Positions 1-8,574 are shown, counted from the first letter of the stretch. The stretch: 26,523 nt of DNA from Phycisphaeraceae bacterium (GCA_040905565.1 JBBDRF010000058.1:1-26523), one strand, 5' to 3'. Notes: generated from the sequence alone by a model not told the origin. A program made the numbers and translations.

Positions 1-814
1 GCGGCTCCATCGCCACCAGCGCCATCACGTTCAGCAGGTGGCTTTGAATCATGTCACGCATCGCCCCGCCGTCGGGCCCGTCGTAGTAGCCGCCGCGGCC
101 TTCCACGCCCACGGTCTCCGCGGCCGTAATCTGCACGTGGTCAATGTACGTCCGGTTCCAGATCGGCTCGAAAATGGCGTTGGCGAACCGGAACACCATC
201 AGGTTCTGCACCGTCTCCTTCCCGAGGTAATGGTCAATGCGGAAGACACTGTCGTCCTCGAACACCCGGCCGAGCACGCGGTTCAGGTGCGCCGCCGACG
301 CCAGATCACGGCCGAACGGCTTCTCGACAATGACCCGCTGCCACGATCGCTGGTCGCGGTGGATTGAGCACCATGCCCGCCCTTCCGTGACCATGTCGTG
401 TCGGCCGATGTTCTCGATGATCGGATCGTACAGTCGCGGCGCGACCGAGAGGTAAAACAGCGTGTTGTCGCCCGTGTCGTGCTCCACAGCCAATTCGCAC
501 ATACGCTTCTTGATTTCGGGAAACGCGTCGCTTTTCGTCGAGTCGCCCGCGTGGTAGTGCAGGCGCGGCGCGAAGTCGGACCATGTCTGCTCGTCGAAGT
601 GCTTGGAAAACTTCTGCGCGTGCTTTTTCAGGTAGTCGCGAAACTGATCATCGCTGTACTTCGTGCGGCTGATGCCTATCACCGCGAAGTTATTGGTCAG
701 CAACTTCGCCTGGTAAAGGTCATAGAGCGCCGGCACGAGCTTGCGCTTCGTCAAGTCGCCCGAGGCGCCGAAGATGACAATCAGACAGTCCGATGCGGCA
801 GTACGGCTAGGCAT
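1..814 (-). CDS. zwf: Glucose-6-phosphate 1-dehydrogenase (5' part; runs off the left edge)
   Basis: Not in the ORF track because its stop is outside the window. Manual translation from the ATG at 814 gives MPSRTAASDCLIVIFGASGDLTKRKLVPALY (NADP-binding GxxGDL) and later the G6PDH signature RIDHYLGKE. Confidence 0.95.
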   Translation of the reverse strand, partial: MPSRTAASDCLIVIFGASGDLTKRKLVPALYDLYQAKLLTNNFAVIGISRTKYSDDQFRDYLKKHAQKFSKHFDEQTWSDFAPRLHYHAGDSTKSDAFPEIKKRMCELAVEHDTGDNTLFYLSVAPRLYDPIIENIGRHDMVTEGRAWCSIHRDQRSWQRVIVEKPFGRDLASAAHLNRVLGRVFEDDSVFRIDHYLGKETVQNLMVFRFANAIFEPIWNRTYIDHVQITAAETVGVEGRGGYYDGPDGGAMRDMIQSHLLNVMALVAMEP

Positions 815-902
815 GATGGTTCTAAATATCGGTTATGAGGTAGTTCTGGGTAAACCACCACAATAGCGGCAGCGTCACGATTCGGGCAAATGAACGATGC
901 CC

Positions 903-2897
903 CTAACGCCCGACCGCGAGGCTGACGACCATCAGGTCGGCGGGATTGACGCCCGCGAGGCGGCCGGCCTGGCCGAAGGTGGCGGGTTTGAACTGGTTGA
1001 GCACGTCAGCCGCCTCATTCCGCAGGCCCCTGACCGCGGTGTAATCGAAATCCGTCGGCAGCGGCGACGCCTCCTGCTCGCGCAACTGCGCGACCTCGCG
1101 GTGCTGGCGGTCGATATAGCCGGCGTATTGCAAGTCAGCCAGCAGGCTGGCGAGCGTGCGGCGGTCAAACGCCAGCGGCGGCAGATCGCCACCTTCGACG
1201 TGCGACATCAAAGCCTCGACATCCACGCGCGGCCGACGCGCCCACTTCGTCAGCGACACGCCGTCGACGCGCTGCCGATCCATATACGTTCGAAGCGCGT
1301 CCATCGCCGCCTGTCGCGCTTGATATACCTGCCATCGCGCATCATCGACCAGCCCCAACTCACGGCCCAACGGCGTCAGCCGCTGGTCCGAGTTGTCCGC
1401 CCGCAGCAGCAGCCGATACTCCGCCCGGCTGGTGAACATGCGGTACGGCTCGCGCGGGGTCTTGGTGACCAGATCGTCCATCAACACGCCGATATAGGCC
1501 TGCTCGCGACCGAGCCGAACCGGCTCCTGATCTCGAATGAACCGCACGGCATTGATCCCCGCCACCAATCCCTGCCCCGCGGCCTCTTCGTAACCCGTCG
1601 TGCCGTTAATCTGTCCCGCAAGAAACAAGCCGGGCACGCGCTTGGTCATCGCGGTGGCGTCGATCTGGTGCGGCAACACCATGTCGTATTCCACGGCGTA
1701 CCCGTACCGGATGATCGTGGCACGCTCGCAACCGGGTAGCTGTCGAACAATCTGCTCCTGCACATCCCCCGGCAAGCTGGTGGAGATGCCGTTGCAGTAG
1801 ATCTCGTCGGTGGACAGCGACTCCGGCTCAAGGAACACGTGATGACTCGTGCGGTCGGCGAAGCGGACGACCTTGTCTTCGATGCTCGGGCAGTACCGCG
1901 GCCCGGCAGTGCCGATCTGGCCGTTGTACATCGGGGCGCGATCGAGATTGGCGCGGATCAACTCGTGGACCGCCGCGTTGGTGTGCGTGATCCAGCAGGG
2001 TCGCTGTTCGACGACGGGGAAGCGGTAGGCGATTTTTTCGTAGGGCGCTAAGCCGCAAGCGGCCTGGGTCATGTCGCTGAACGGTACGGGTTGCTCGTCG
2101 CCGGGTTGGCGTTCGAGGGCAGCGAAATCAATCGTGCGGGCGTCGAGGCGTGGCGGCGTGCCGGTCTTGAGTCGGCCCAACTCGAAGCCAAGGCGTTGCA
2201 GCGTGTCGCTGATCGTCGCTGCGGGTTTTTCGCCGACGCGGCCACCTGGCGTTTGCGTATCGCCGGTGTGCATGAGGCCGCGCATGAACGTGCCGGTGGT
2301 CAGCACCACAGCCTGGCTGTTCAGACGGGTGGGGGCGATGATGGGGTCTTCGCCGTGCGGGCCGGTGAAGTACTCGCCGGTGCAGCAACTGTCGCCCCAG
2401 GTTTCGTCGTCGCGCCGTTCGCGCCATGGGGTGGTGTTGCAGGCCGGGTCCGGCGTGTACACCAGTCCCGTCATGCGGCCGCCCCGCAGGAGCAATTCAT
2501 CGACGGTGCCGGCGAGGATGTCGAGGTTCTCCCGCGTCGCGAGCAGCCGCTGCACTTCCTCGGCGTAACGATACTTGTCACTCTGGCAGCGCGGCCCGCG
2601 CACGGCCGGCCCCTTCGACGCGTTGAGCACACGAAACTGAATGCCCGTCGCGTCGGCGGCGAGGCCCATCAGCCCGCCCATGGCATCGACTTCACGGACG
2701 ATCTGCCCCTTGGCCAGGCCGCCGATGGCGGGGTTGCAGCTCATCGCGCCGATTTTGCTCGGGTCCATCGTCACCAGCGCCACGCGCCCGTTGCGGCGAG
2801 GCTGCTCGCGCAGCATGTTGGCCGCCGCCCACGCCGCTTCCGCGCCCGCGTGGCCGCCGCCGATGACGATCACGTCATAGTCTGTCCTGGCTGGCAT
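903..2897 (-). CDS. mnmG: tRNA uridine-5-carboxymethylaminomethyl(34) synthesis enzyme MnmG (GidA)
   Basis: FAD motif VIVIGGGHAG, MSCNPAIGG, KTGTPPRL, GPRYCPSIEDK and AGQINGTTGYEEAA. Confidence 0.97.
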   Translation of the reverse strand: MPARTDYDVIVIGGGHAGAEAAWAAANMLREQPRRNGRVALVTMDPSKIGAMSCNPAIGGLAKGQIVREVDAMGGLMGLAADATGIQFRVLNASKGPAVRGPRCQSDKYRYAEEVQRLLATRENLDILAGTVDELLLRGGRMTGLVYTPDPACNTTPWRERRDDETWGDSCCTGEYFTGPHGEDPIIAPTRLNSQAVVLTTGTFMRGLMHTGDTQTPGGRVGEKPAATISDTLQRLGFELGRLKTGTPPRLDARTIDFAALERQPGDEQPVPFSDMTQAACGLAPYEKIAYRFPVVEQRPCWITHTNAAVHELIRANLDRAPMYNGQIGTAGPRYCPSIEDKVVRFADRTSHHVFLEPESLSTDEIYCNGISTSLPGDVQEQIVRQLPGCERATIIRYGYAVEYDMVLPHQIDATAMTKRVPGLFLAGQINGTTGYEEAAGQGLVAGINAVRFIRDQEPVRLGREQAYIGVLMDDLVTKTPREPYRMFTSRAEYRLLLRADNSDQRLTPLGRELGLVDDARWQVYQARQAAMDALRTYMDRQRVDGVSLTKWARRPRVDVEALMSHVEGGDLPPLAFDRRTLASLLADLQYAGYIDRQHREVAQLREQEASPLPTDFDYTAVRGLRNEAADVLNQFKPATFGQAGRLAGVNPADLMVVSLAVGR
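2046..2064. repeat. 19-bp palindromic repeat CGCTAAGCCGCAAGCGGCC, copy 1 (inside mnmG)
   Basis: Exact match to 4256-4274; internal hairpin GCCGC-AA-GCGGC. Confidence 0.75.
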
Positions 2898-2906
2898 AGA
2901 CCCGCC

Positions 2907-2912
2907 ATTATA
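2907..2912 (-). promoter_or_regulatory. Putative sigma70 -10 element for mnmG (near-leaderless)
   Basis: Minus strand TATAAT, 9 nt before the ATG; no Shine-Dalgarno. Confidence 0.6.
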
Positions 2913-3036
2913 CAGCCGTCACGAACCGGGGCAGCGGCAGGCGCTTCCTGTTTTCACGCGCCTCCCTCCGGCGGTCCGACTGGAGGCCCGCCACCTTAGT
3001 CTTAGAACGTGTGTGAAAAGCGAAAATGATCCACCA

Positions 3037-3113
3037 ATAGCCCCCGGCGGGAGCCGGGGGTTGCGTGCCGTAGACATTGACGTGGCCAACCCCCGGCTTC
3101 CGCCGGGGGCTAC
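3037..3113. repeat. GTAG-type REP doublet in inverted orientation (REPIN/BIME-like)
   Basis: ATAG-CCCCCGGC-GGGA-GCCGGGGG-TTG at 3037-3063 and the inverted copy at 3087-3113 (minus strand GTAG-CCCCCGGC-GGAA-GCCGGGGG-TTG). Confidence 0.8.
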
Positions 3114-3142
3114 TGCCCTTTCAACCTGGTTCACACGCCTTC

Positions 3143-3442
3143 TTACCGCTTGGAGCGGATCGCCTCAGCTAATTCCTGCTTGTTCATTTTGCTTCGACCG
3201 GCGATGTTCAGCTTCTGAGCCTGATTGTAAAGCTCATCGCGCGATCGCTCGTCGAGCGGACGATTGGGGTTGCCCGTGCCTTGGGTGGTCTTGTTGGGCG
3301 TGCGATCTTCCTTACGCCGCTGTTTGTTCACCGAACGGCCGGCGATCTCCTTGGCCCGCTCTTCGCTGACGCCGCGGTCAAGCTCGCTTTGCTTGACATG
3401 CTCGTACTGACGTTCGTCTTTGTTGTTCCATTTCGAAGGCAT
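3143..3442 (-). CDS. Small basic protein with C-terminal Rho-termination-factor N-terminal-like domain
   Basis: 99 aa; N-terminal ERQYEHVK...AKEIAGRSVNK and C-terminal RDELYNQAQKLNIAGRSKMNKQEL motifs; strong SD AAAGGAG upstream. Confidence 0.8.
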   Translation of the reverse strand: MPSKWNNKDERQYEHVKQSELDRGVSEERAKEIAGRSVNKQRRKEDRTPNKTTQGTGNPNRPLDERSRDELYNQAQKLNIAGRSKMNKQELAEAIRSKR

Positions 3443-3601
3443 GGCTGGCTCCTTTCTAAAGCGTCAGGAAATGGTAGGCAGGAAGTTCGGCGGCGACCAA
3501 AGTCAGTTCCCTTGCGCCACGCGCGGCGCGACCGCCAGCGAAGAAAGCGCAAGTTCGCCGTGAACCGCCACCAGCGGAGCGCGTCGCGGCCAACAGCAAG
3601 G

Positions 3602-3610
3602 TGGTAAAGT
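3602..3610 (+). promoter_or_regulatory. Putative extended -10 promoter for sua5 (leaderless)
   Basis: TG-G-TAAAGT, then 7 nt, then the ATG at 3618. Confidence 0.55.
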
Positions 3611-3617
3611 ACCCGCC

Positions 3618-4664
3618 ATGCATGCGGGCCAAACGACCCTTGGCATAGACGAAGCAACGCTCGCGCGTGCGGCGGAGACGCTGCGCGGCGGGGGTCTCGT
3701 CGCTTTCCCCACTGAAACCGTCTACGGCCTTGGAGCCAATGCCCTGGCCCCCACCGCTGTGGCGCGCATCTTCGAAGCCAAGGCACGCCCCCATTTCGAC
3801 CCATTGATCGTCCACGTCGCCGAGGTGGCCGAGGCCCGCCGCCTCACGACGCACTGGCCCGACATCGCCCGAGCGCTCGCCGACGCTTTCTGGCCGGGGC
3901 CGATGACGCTGGTGCTGCCGAAGCAGTCCATCGTGCCCGATCTGGTGACGGCAGGCCTGGCCACCGTGGCGCTGCGCATTCCGGCTCATCCGGTCGCCTT
4001 GGCCCTGTTGCGGGCGGCGGAACGGCCCGTGGCCGCGCCAAGCGCCAACCGCTTTGGCGGGGTGAGCCCGACGACGGCGGCACATGTCCAAGACGAATTA
4101 GGCAAGCAGGTGGACATGGTGCTCGACGGTGGCGCGTGCCAGACCGGGGTGGAGAGCACGGTGATTTCGTTGGTTGAGGCCGGGCCACCGCGCGTCCTGC
4201 GGCTGGGCGGGCTGGCGGTGGAGCGAATCGAGCAGGTGGTGGGCGAGGTGGCGATCGCTAAGCCGCAAGCGGCCGGGCGGGAGGCCGAGCAGCGGGGTCA
4301 GCAGTCGCCGGGCATGCTGGAACGCCACTACGCGCCGCGAACGCCGTTGTGGTTGGTGGAGAGGCGTGCGAACTTTCCGTCCGAGGCGCATCATGAGTCG
4401 GGGCAAAAGTTTAAAGTCGGCATGCTGATTTTTGGGCGCTCGGCCGGCGACGTGAAATCCGACCCTCGAAATCGGGAATATGAAATCGCAGCCGTCGAAT
4501 CACTCTCCGCCACGGGCGATGTCGTGGAGGCGGCGGCCAATTTGTTCGCGGCAATGCGCCGGCTGGACGCGTTGGGCTTGGATGGCATTGTGGCCGAACG
4601 GGTGCCTGACAAAGGACTCGGCCGGGCGATCAACGATCGCCTGCGTCGCGCCGCCACGCGTTGA
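3618..4664 (+). CDS. sua5: L-threonylcarbamoyladenylate synthase, Sua5 type (YrdC plus SUA5 domain)
   Basis: VAFPTETVYGLGA, KARP..DPLIVH, AAPSAN, linker SPGM..HYAP and C-terminal GLGRAINDRL. Confidence 0.95.
   Translation: MHAGQTTLGIDEATLARAAETLRGGGLVAFPTETVYGLGANALAPTAVARIFEAKARPHFDPLIVHVAEVAEARRLTTHWPDIARALADAFWPGPMTLVLPKQSIVPDLVTAGLATVALRIPAHPVALALLRAAERPVAAPSANRFGGVSPTTAAHVQDELGKQVDMVLDGGACQTGVESTVISLVEAGPPRVLRLGGLAVERIEQVVGEVAIAKPQAAGREAEQRGQQSPGMLERHYAPRTPLWLVERRANFPSEAHHESGQKFKVGMLIFGRSAGDVKSDPRNREYEIAAVESLSATGDVVEAAANLFAAMRRLDALGLDGIVAERVPDKGLGRAINDRLRRAATR
4256..4274. repeat. 19-bp palindromic repeat CGCTAAGCCGCAAGCGGCC, copy 2 (inside sua5)
   Basis: Exact match to 2046-2064; encodes AKPQAA in the interdomain linker. 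Confidence 0.75.
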
Positions 4665-4905
4665 GAGCCCTTGCCGTGCCGCCCCCGGGCCGCCCCGCGG
4701 CGCAGTCGGGTGGTGCAAAATGTCCGAACCTCGTAGCATGTCGGCCCGTATGGGATACCGGCTGTCTGTGCACGTCGGTCGACCGTCACCTTTCCGGCCG
4801 GTGCAGTCAGGTGGGCAACAGCCGCCAGGTTTCGCACAATACAGGGACTCCGAGACAGACCTCTCAATCTACACGGACCACTGATCCAACTGGGAACCGT
4901 CAGGC

Positions 4906-6939
4906 ATGGCGCACAATTACATCAAGGACGACCTTCAGGTCGAAGCACAAACCGGACGCGTGGGCTTCCAGATCCTCGTGACGCTGCTCGGCGGCACGCT
5001 GCTGATCTGCGCCCTGATCGCCAGCTTCAGCTTCGACTCCCCCGACACGGGCGACATCCTCGCGGGCATTGCCACCGTGCTGCTCGGCGGACCGTTGGTC
5101 TGGGTCGCGCTCAAAGATCTCGCCCAAGGGCATTACCACATGAATGAGCTGGTGGCCCTGGCGGTCGTGGCCGCCTTCGCTGCGGGGTGGTACCTCGAGG
5201 CGGGGTTCATCGCGTTTTTCATGATCATTGCCGTGCTGATCGAAAACCGCACCGCGCTGGGCGCCCAGGCGTCGATCGAGTCGCTGATCCGCATTACGCC
5301 CACGAAGGCGTACAAAATTGATGAAACGGGCAACGAGATCGAGGCCGATGCCCGCGAACTCAAGCCCGGCGACGTGGTTCGCGTCCGGCCTGGCGACAAC
5401 ATCCCCGCCGACGGCCAGGTCAAGCGCGGCACGAGCACGGTCAACCAGGCGCCGATCACCGGTGAGTCGATTCCCGTCGACAAGGCCGAGGGCGACGAAG
5501 TGTTCGGCGGCACGATCAACGTCTCCGGTGCGATGGACATCGAAGTCACGAAGGCAGGCGAAGATACGACGCTCGGCCGCGTGAAGGACCTCATTCTCGA
5601 AGCCGAGCGGACCCGCATCCCGATCATGCGGATGATCGACCGCTATGCGGCGTGGTACACGCCAACAGTGCTGATGCTGGTCGCGATCGTCTGGTTTTTC
5701 ACCAGCCAGACGGTAGACCGTGACGACGCGGGTCGGCGTGCGATTGCGATGCTGGTGATCGCCTGTCCGTGTCCGCTGATTCTCGCCACGCCGACCGCGA
5801 TGGTCGCGGCACTTTCCGCAGCCGCCCGGCTGGGTGTGCTCATCAAGTCGGTGCTCGACCTTGAAGCGGCGCGCAACCTCACCGCCATGATTTTCGACAA
5901 GACCGGCACGCTGACCACGGGCCAGCTCGAAGTGGCTCGTCTTTTCCCGGCCGAGGGTGTCGAAGGCGCTGATCTGCTCCGCGCCGCCGCCACAGCCGAG
6001 CAGAACTCACGGCACCCGGTCGCCCGCGCGATCGCCAGCGTCGCCCGCAAGGCGCGGTTGAACCTGGAAGAGCCGAGCGAGTTTGAGGAAGTGGCGGGCA
6101 AGGGCGTGCGAGCCGTGGTCGGCGGCAAGACGCTGCTGGTCGGGCGATCGGTCTGGCTGAGCGAACACATTGATGACGCCGCCGTGCGCGAAACGGTGCA
6201 GGCCGCGCAACAGAGCCCCGAAGCGCACGGCCTTTCGACGCTCTTCGTGCTCCAGGACGGCAAGCTCCTCGGCTGGGTCGGCCTCGCGGACAACACCCGC
6301 CCCGAGGCGGCGAACGCGATGGACCAGTTGCGCGACCTGGGGCTGAAACGGCTCATCATCGTCACCGGCGACCGCGAAAGCGTGGCTCAGCGCGTCGCGG
6401 CGCAGATGCACACGGAATACAAGGCCGAGGTGCTGCCGCATCAGAAACTCGAAATGGTCGACGAACTCAAGTCACGCGGGCACCGCGTGGCTGTCATCGG
6501 CGACGGCGTCAACGACGCCCCGGCCCTCGCGGCGGGCGACATTTCGATCGCCATGGGCGCCGCCGGCAGCGACGTCGCCATTCACTCAGCCAACATCGCG
6601 CTGATGAACAACAACCTCAACCGCATCCCCTTCCTGGTCAACCTCAGCCGGGCGACGAGCAACGTCGTGCGGCAGAATCTGTTGATCGGCGGTGGGTTTA
6701 TCGTGATCTTCCTGGCGCTGTCCGCTGGCGGCTACGTGAGCCCGATCGTCGCGGCGGCGCTGCACGTGGTCAGCTCGATGATGGTGGTGTTCAACTCAGC
6801 TCGCCTCGTGCGAGCCGGCGAGGAGATCGAGCAGGCCGAGCACGCCGAAGCCGCCAAGGCCATGCATCCCAAACGCCAGCCCGCCCCAAGCGAATCGGCG
6901 GCCGATGGCGAGGGCGCGGGGACACCGGCGATGGCTTAA
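4906..6939 (+). CDS. Heavy-metal-translocating P1B-type ATPase (no N-terminal metal-binding domain)
   Basis: TGES actuator motif, TM motif IACPCPL, DKTGT phosphorylation site, SRHP, and GDGVNDAPAL hinge. Confidence 0.93.
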   Translation: MAHNYIKDDLQVEAQTGRVGFQILVTLLGGTLLICALIASFSFDSPDTGDILAGIATVLLGGPLVWVALKDLAQGHYHMNELVALAVVAAFAAGWYLEAGFIAFFMIIAVLIENRTALGAQASIESLIRITPTKAYKIDETGNEIEADARELKPGDVVRVRPGDNIPADGQVKRGTSTVNQAPITGESIPVDKAEGDEVFGGTINVSGAMDIEVTKAGEDTTLGRVKDLILEAERTRIPIMRMIDRYAAWYTPTVLMLVAIVWFFTSQTVDRDDAGRRAIAMLVIACPCPLILATPTAMVAALSAAARLGVLIKSVLDLEAARNLTAMIFDKTGTLTTGQLEVARLFPAEGVEGADLLRAAATAEQNSRHPVARAIASVARKARLNLEEPSEFEEVAGKGVRAVVGGKTLLVGRSVWLSEHIDDAAVRETVQAAQQSPEAHGLSTLFVLQDGKLLGWVGLADNTRPEAANAMDQLRDLGLKRLIIVTGDRESVAQRVAAQMHTEYKAEVLPHQKLEMVDELKSRGHRVAVIGDGVNDAPALAAGDISIAMGAAGSDVAIHSANIALMNNNLNRIPFLVNLSRATSNVVRQNLLIGGGFIVIFLALSAGGYVSPIVAAALHVVSSMMVVFNSARLVRAGEEIEQAEHAEAAKAMHPKRQPAPSESAADGEGAGTPAMA

Positions 6940-6988
6940 AGTCAGCTTCGAATCCGGATTTGGCGTGTTGATTGGGTGGCGCGGAGGC

Positions 6989-7249
6989 GGTTCGATAGTG
7001 CGTACCTCGCTGAGCAGTCTTTCGGAGATCCTGCACGAGGCCCCCGATCATTCGGGCCGTTTCGTTCGCTCGTTTCATCAGGTTCTTTAACGTGTACCCG
7101 TCGATGTAATGCTGATCCAACACGATACACAACTGCGACCGCACTTCAGCCGACGACGCCTCGGCGTTGGAGAGACATTGAGCAAACTCAATCGCTCCAT
7201 CCCGCTGCCACGCGTTGATGCCCTCAAAACGCTGAATCGGTGCCCTCAT
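6989..7249 (-). pseudogene. Four-helix-bundle protein (23S rRNA IVS-encoded/Avd-like family) remnant with internal deletion
   Basis: N-terminal IQRFEGINAWQ joins directly to RDGAIEFAQCLSNAEASSAEVRSQL..LDQHYI...ETARMIGGL. The family's middle (L.DQIRRAA.SI..NIAEG) is missing. The frame has no stop near the expected end and runs on to 6791, into the ATPase. End coordinate approximate. Confidence 0.7.
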
Positions 7250-7281
7250 GCCCCCCCTCAAGTCACGCCGCCCCCCAACAT

Positions 7282-7309
7282 GAAACTCGAAACCCGGAAC
7301 TCGAAACTA
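7282..7309. repeat. Heptamer tandem array (GAAACYC)x4
   Basis: GAAACTC GAAACCC GGAACTC GAAACTA; the last unit contains the permease stop codon. Confidence 0.8.
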
Positions 7310-8383
7310 TCCCACCTCGCGGGTCTGAAACAGCGCCACGGCCACACCGAGCACAGCAACAATGTAGAGCAGGGTGTAGCCGCTCACGACGGCGATGTGT
7401 TCCACGGTGAAGGGGTTGCCGAGGCTGATCGCGTCAGCGGGCCAGAGGAACTGGAGGTTGGGGGCGATCAGGTAAACCAGCTTGGCCAGTGCGAACAGCA
7501 GTTGCTGCACGAACGGGGCGTCGGCAGCGAAGATGGCGGCGAGGCTCTCGGCCGGCCCCAAGCCCAGCGGCAGCGAAAGCCGGTAGTTGGCCCACTGGCT
7601 GAGCGAGTTGCTCACCAGGCCGAGGATAAACACGCCCACGCAGACGAGCAGCGTCATGATCTGCCCCAGCCGGGTCGAGGCGGCGATGGCCACCGCCGCG
7701 AGAATCAGCACCGCCTGAAAAATCAGCCCCAGCCCCACCAGCACCTGCGCCAGCTCCCCCTCGCGCACCATGAACTCGGTCAGCGGCGACTGGAACTGCC
7801 AGTCCTTGTCGATCACTGCCACGACCATCCACGCGAACGTCATCGCCACGACCAGGCCCACCACGAACGTCGACGTGAACACCCAGCGATAGAGATAGTT
7901 CGCCCCCGCCGCGACCGCCAGTGCCGCCAGCGCACCAAGGACGCCGAAGGCGATCACCGGCATATCCAGCGAGTCCGCGGCGGTCTGCAGCACGCGATGT
8001 CGCACGCTCAGCGCGAATACCACGCTGAGCAGGTAAAACGCCACGGCGATCGCCGCCGCCACGCCCACATACTTGCCCATGACGAACAGCGCCCGCGCCA
8101 CCGGCTTGCTGACGACCGTCAGCACCGTGCGGTTCTCCAGCTCTTCCGAGAGCACGCTGGTCGCGGTGAACGCCGCCAGGAACAAACCGACCACGAACAC
8201 CGTACTCAAGCCCAGGTCGATCAACAGTTTGTTGTCGCCGCCGCCGGTTTCCATGGTGTACGCCGCGAGCGACGGGTTCAGGACCAGGCCCAGCGAGCCC
8301 AGCAGAATCAGAACCACGAAGATCGGTTGGCGTATGGATTCGGTAAACGTGTTTTGTGCGATGGTGAGCAGTTGTGCAAACAT
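7307..8383 (-). CDS. ABC-2-type transporter permease (NosY/GldF-like)
   Basis: Polytopic; IAQNTFTESIRQ start, EELENRTVLTVVSKPVAR..FVMGKY loop, and C-terminal LFQTREVG. Confidence 0.85.
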   Translation of the reverse strand: MFAQLLTIAQNTFTESIRQPIFVVLILLGSLGLVLNPSLAAYTMETGGGDNKLLIDLGLSTVFVVGLFLAAFTATSVLSEELENRTVLTVVSKPVARALFVMGKYVGVAAAIAVAFYLLSVVFALSVRHRVLQTAADSLDMPVIAFGVLGALAALAVAAGANYLYRWVFTSTFVVGLVVAMTFAWMVVAVIDKDWQFQSPLTEFMVREGELAQVLVGLGLIFQAVLILAAVAIAASTRLGQIMTLLVCVGVFILGLVSNSLSQWANYRLSLPLGLGPAESLAAIFAADAPFVQQLLFALAKLVYLIAPNLQFLWPADAISLGNPFTVEHIAVVSGYTLLYIVAVLGVAVALFQTREVG

Positions 8384-8389
8384 GATGGC

Positions 8390-8395
8390 ATCATA
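8390..8395 (-). promoter_or_regulatory. Putative -10 element for the permease (leaderless)
   Basis: Minus strand TATGAT, 6 nt before the ATG at 8383. Confidence 0.55.
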
Positions 8396-8574
8396 CGTTG
8401 GGGAGGGCTTTCGAGTTCCGTGAGTTCAGGAACGTCGAAATCAGGATTCTGGACACACGACGGCAACTGGGAGGGCACGAGCCCGCACCGACGCGTCAAA
8501 CGCGCCGGGCCGTTAAGATAGCCGTTTTCAGTCGACATTTGAACGTCGTCATCTGTCTTGGATAAGAGATCGCC

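Noticed and set aside
38..838. Plus-strand ORFs at 38-367, 237-455 and 398-838
   Set aside because: Antisense shadows of zwf, which carries the recognisable motifs.
3143..3442. Toxin-antitoxin or plasmid-stabilisation gene
   Set aside because: No RelE/ParE features and no partner gene.
4906..6939. Naming the ATPase zntA, cadA or copA
   Set aside because: The subgroup-defining TM residues and N-terminal domains do not match.
6791..7261. Diversity-generating retroelement suggested by the Avd-like ORF
   Set aside because: No reverse transcriptase and no template/variable repeat pair seen; the ORF is degraded.
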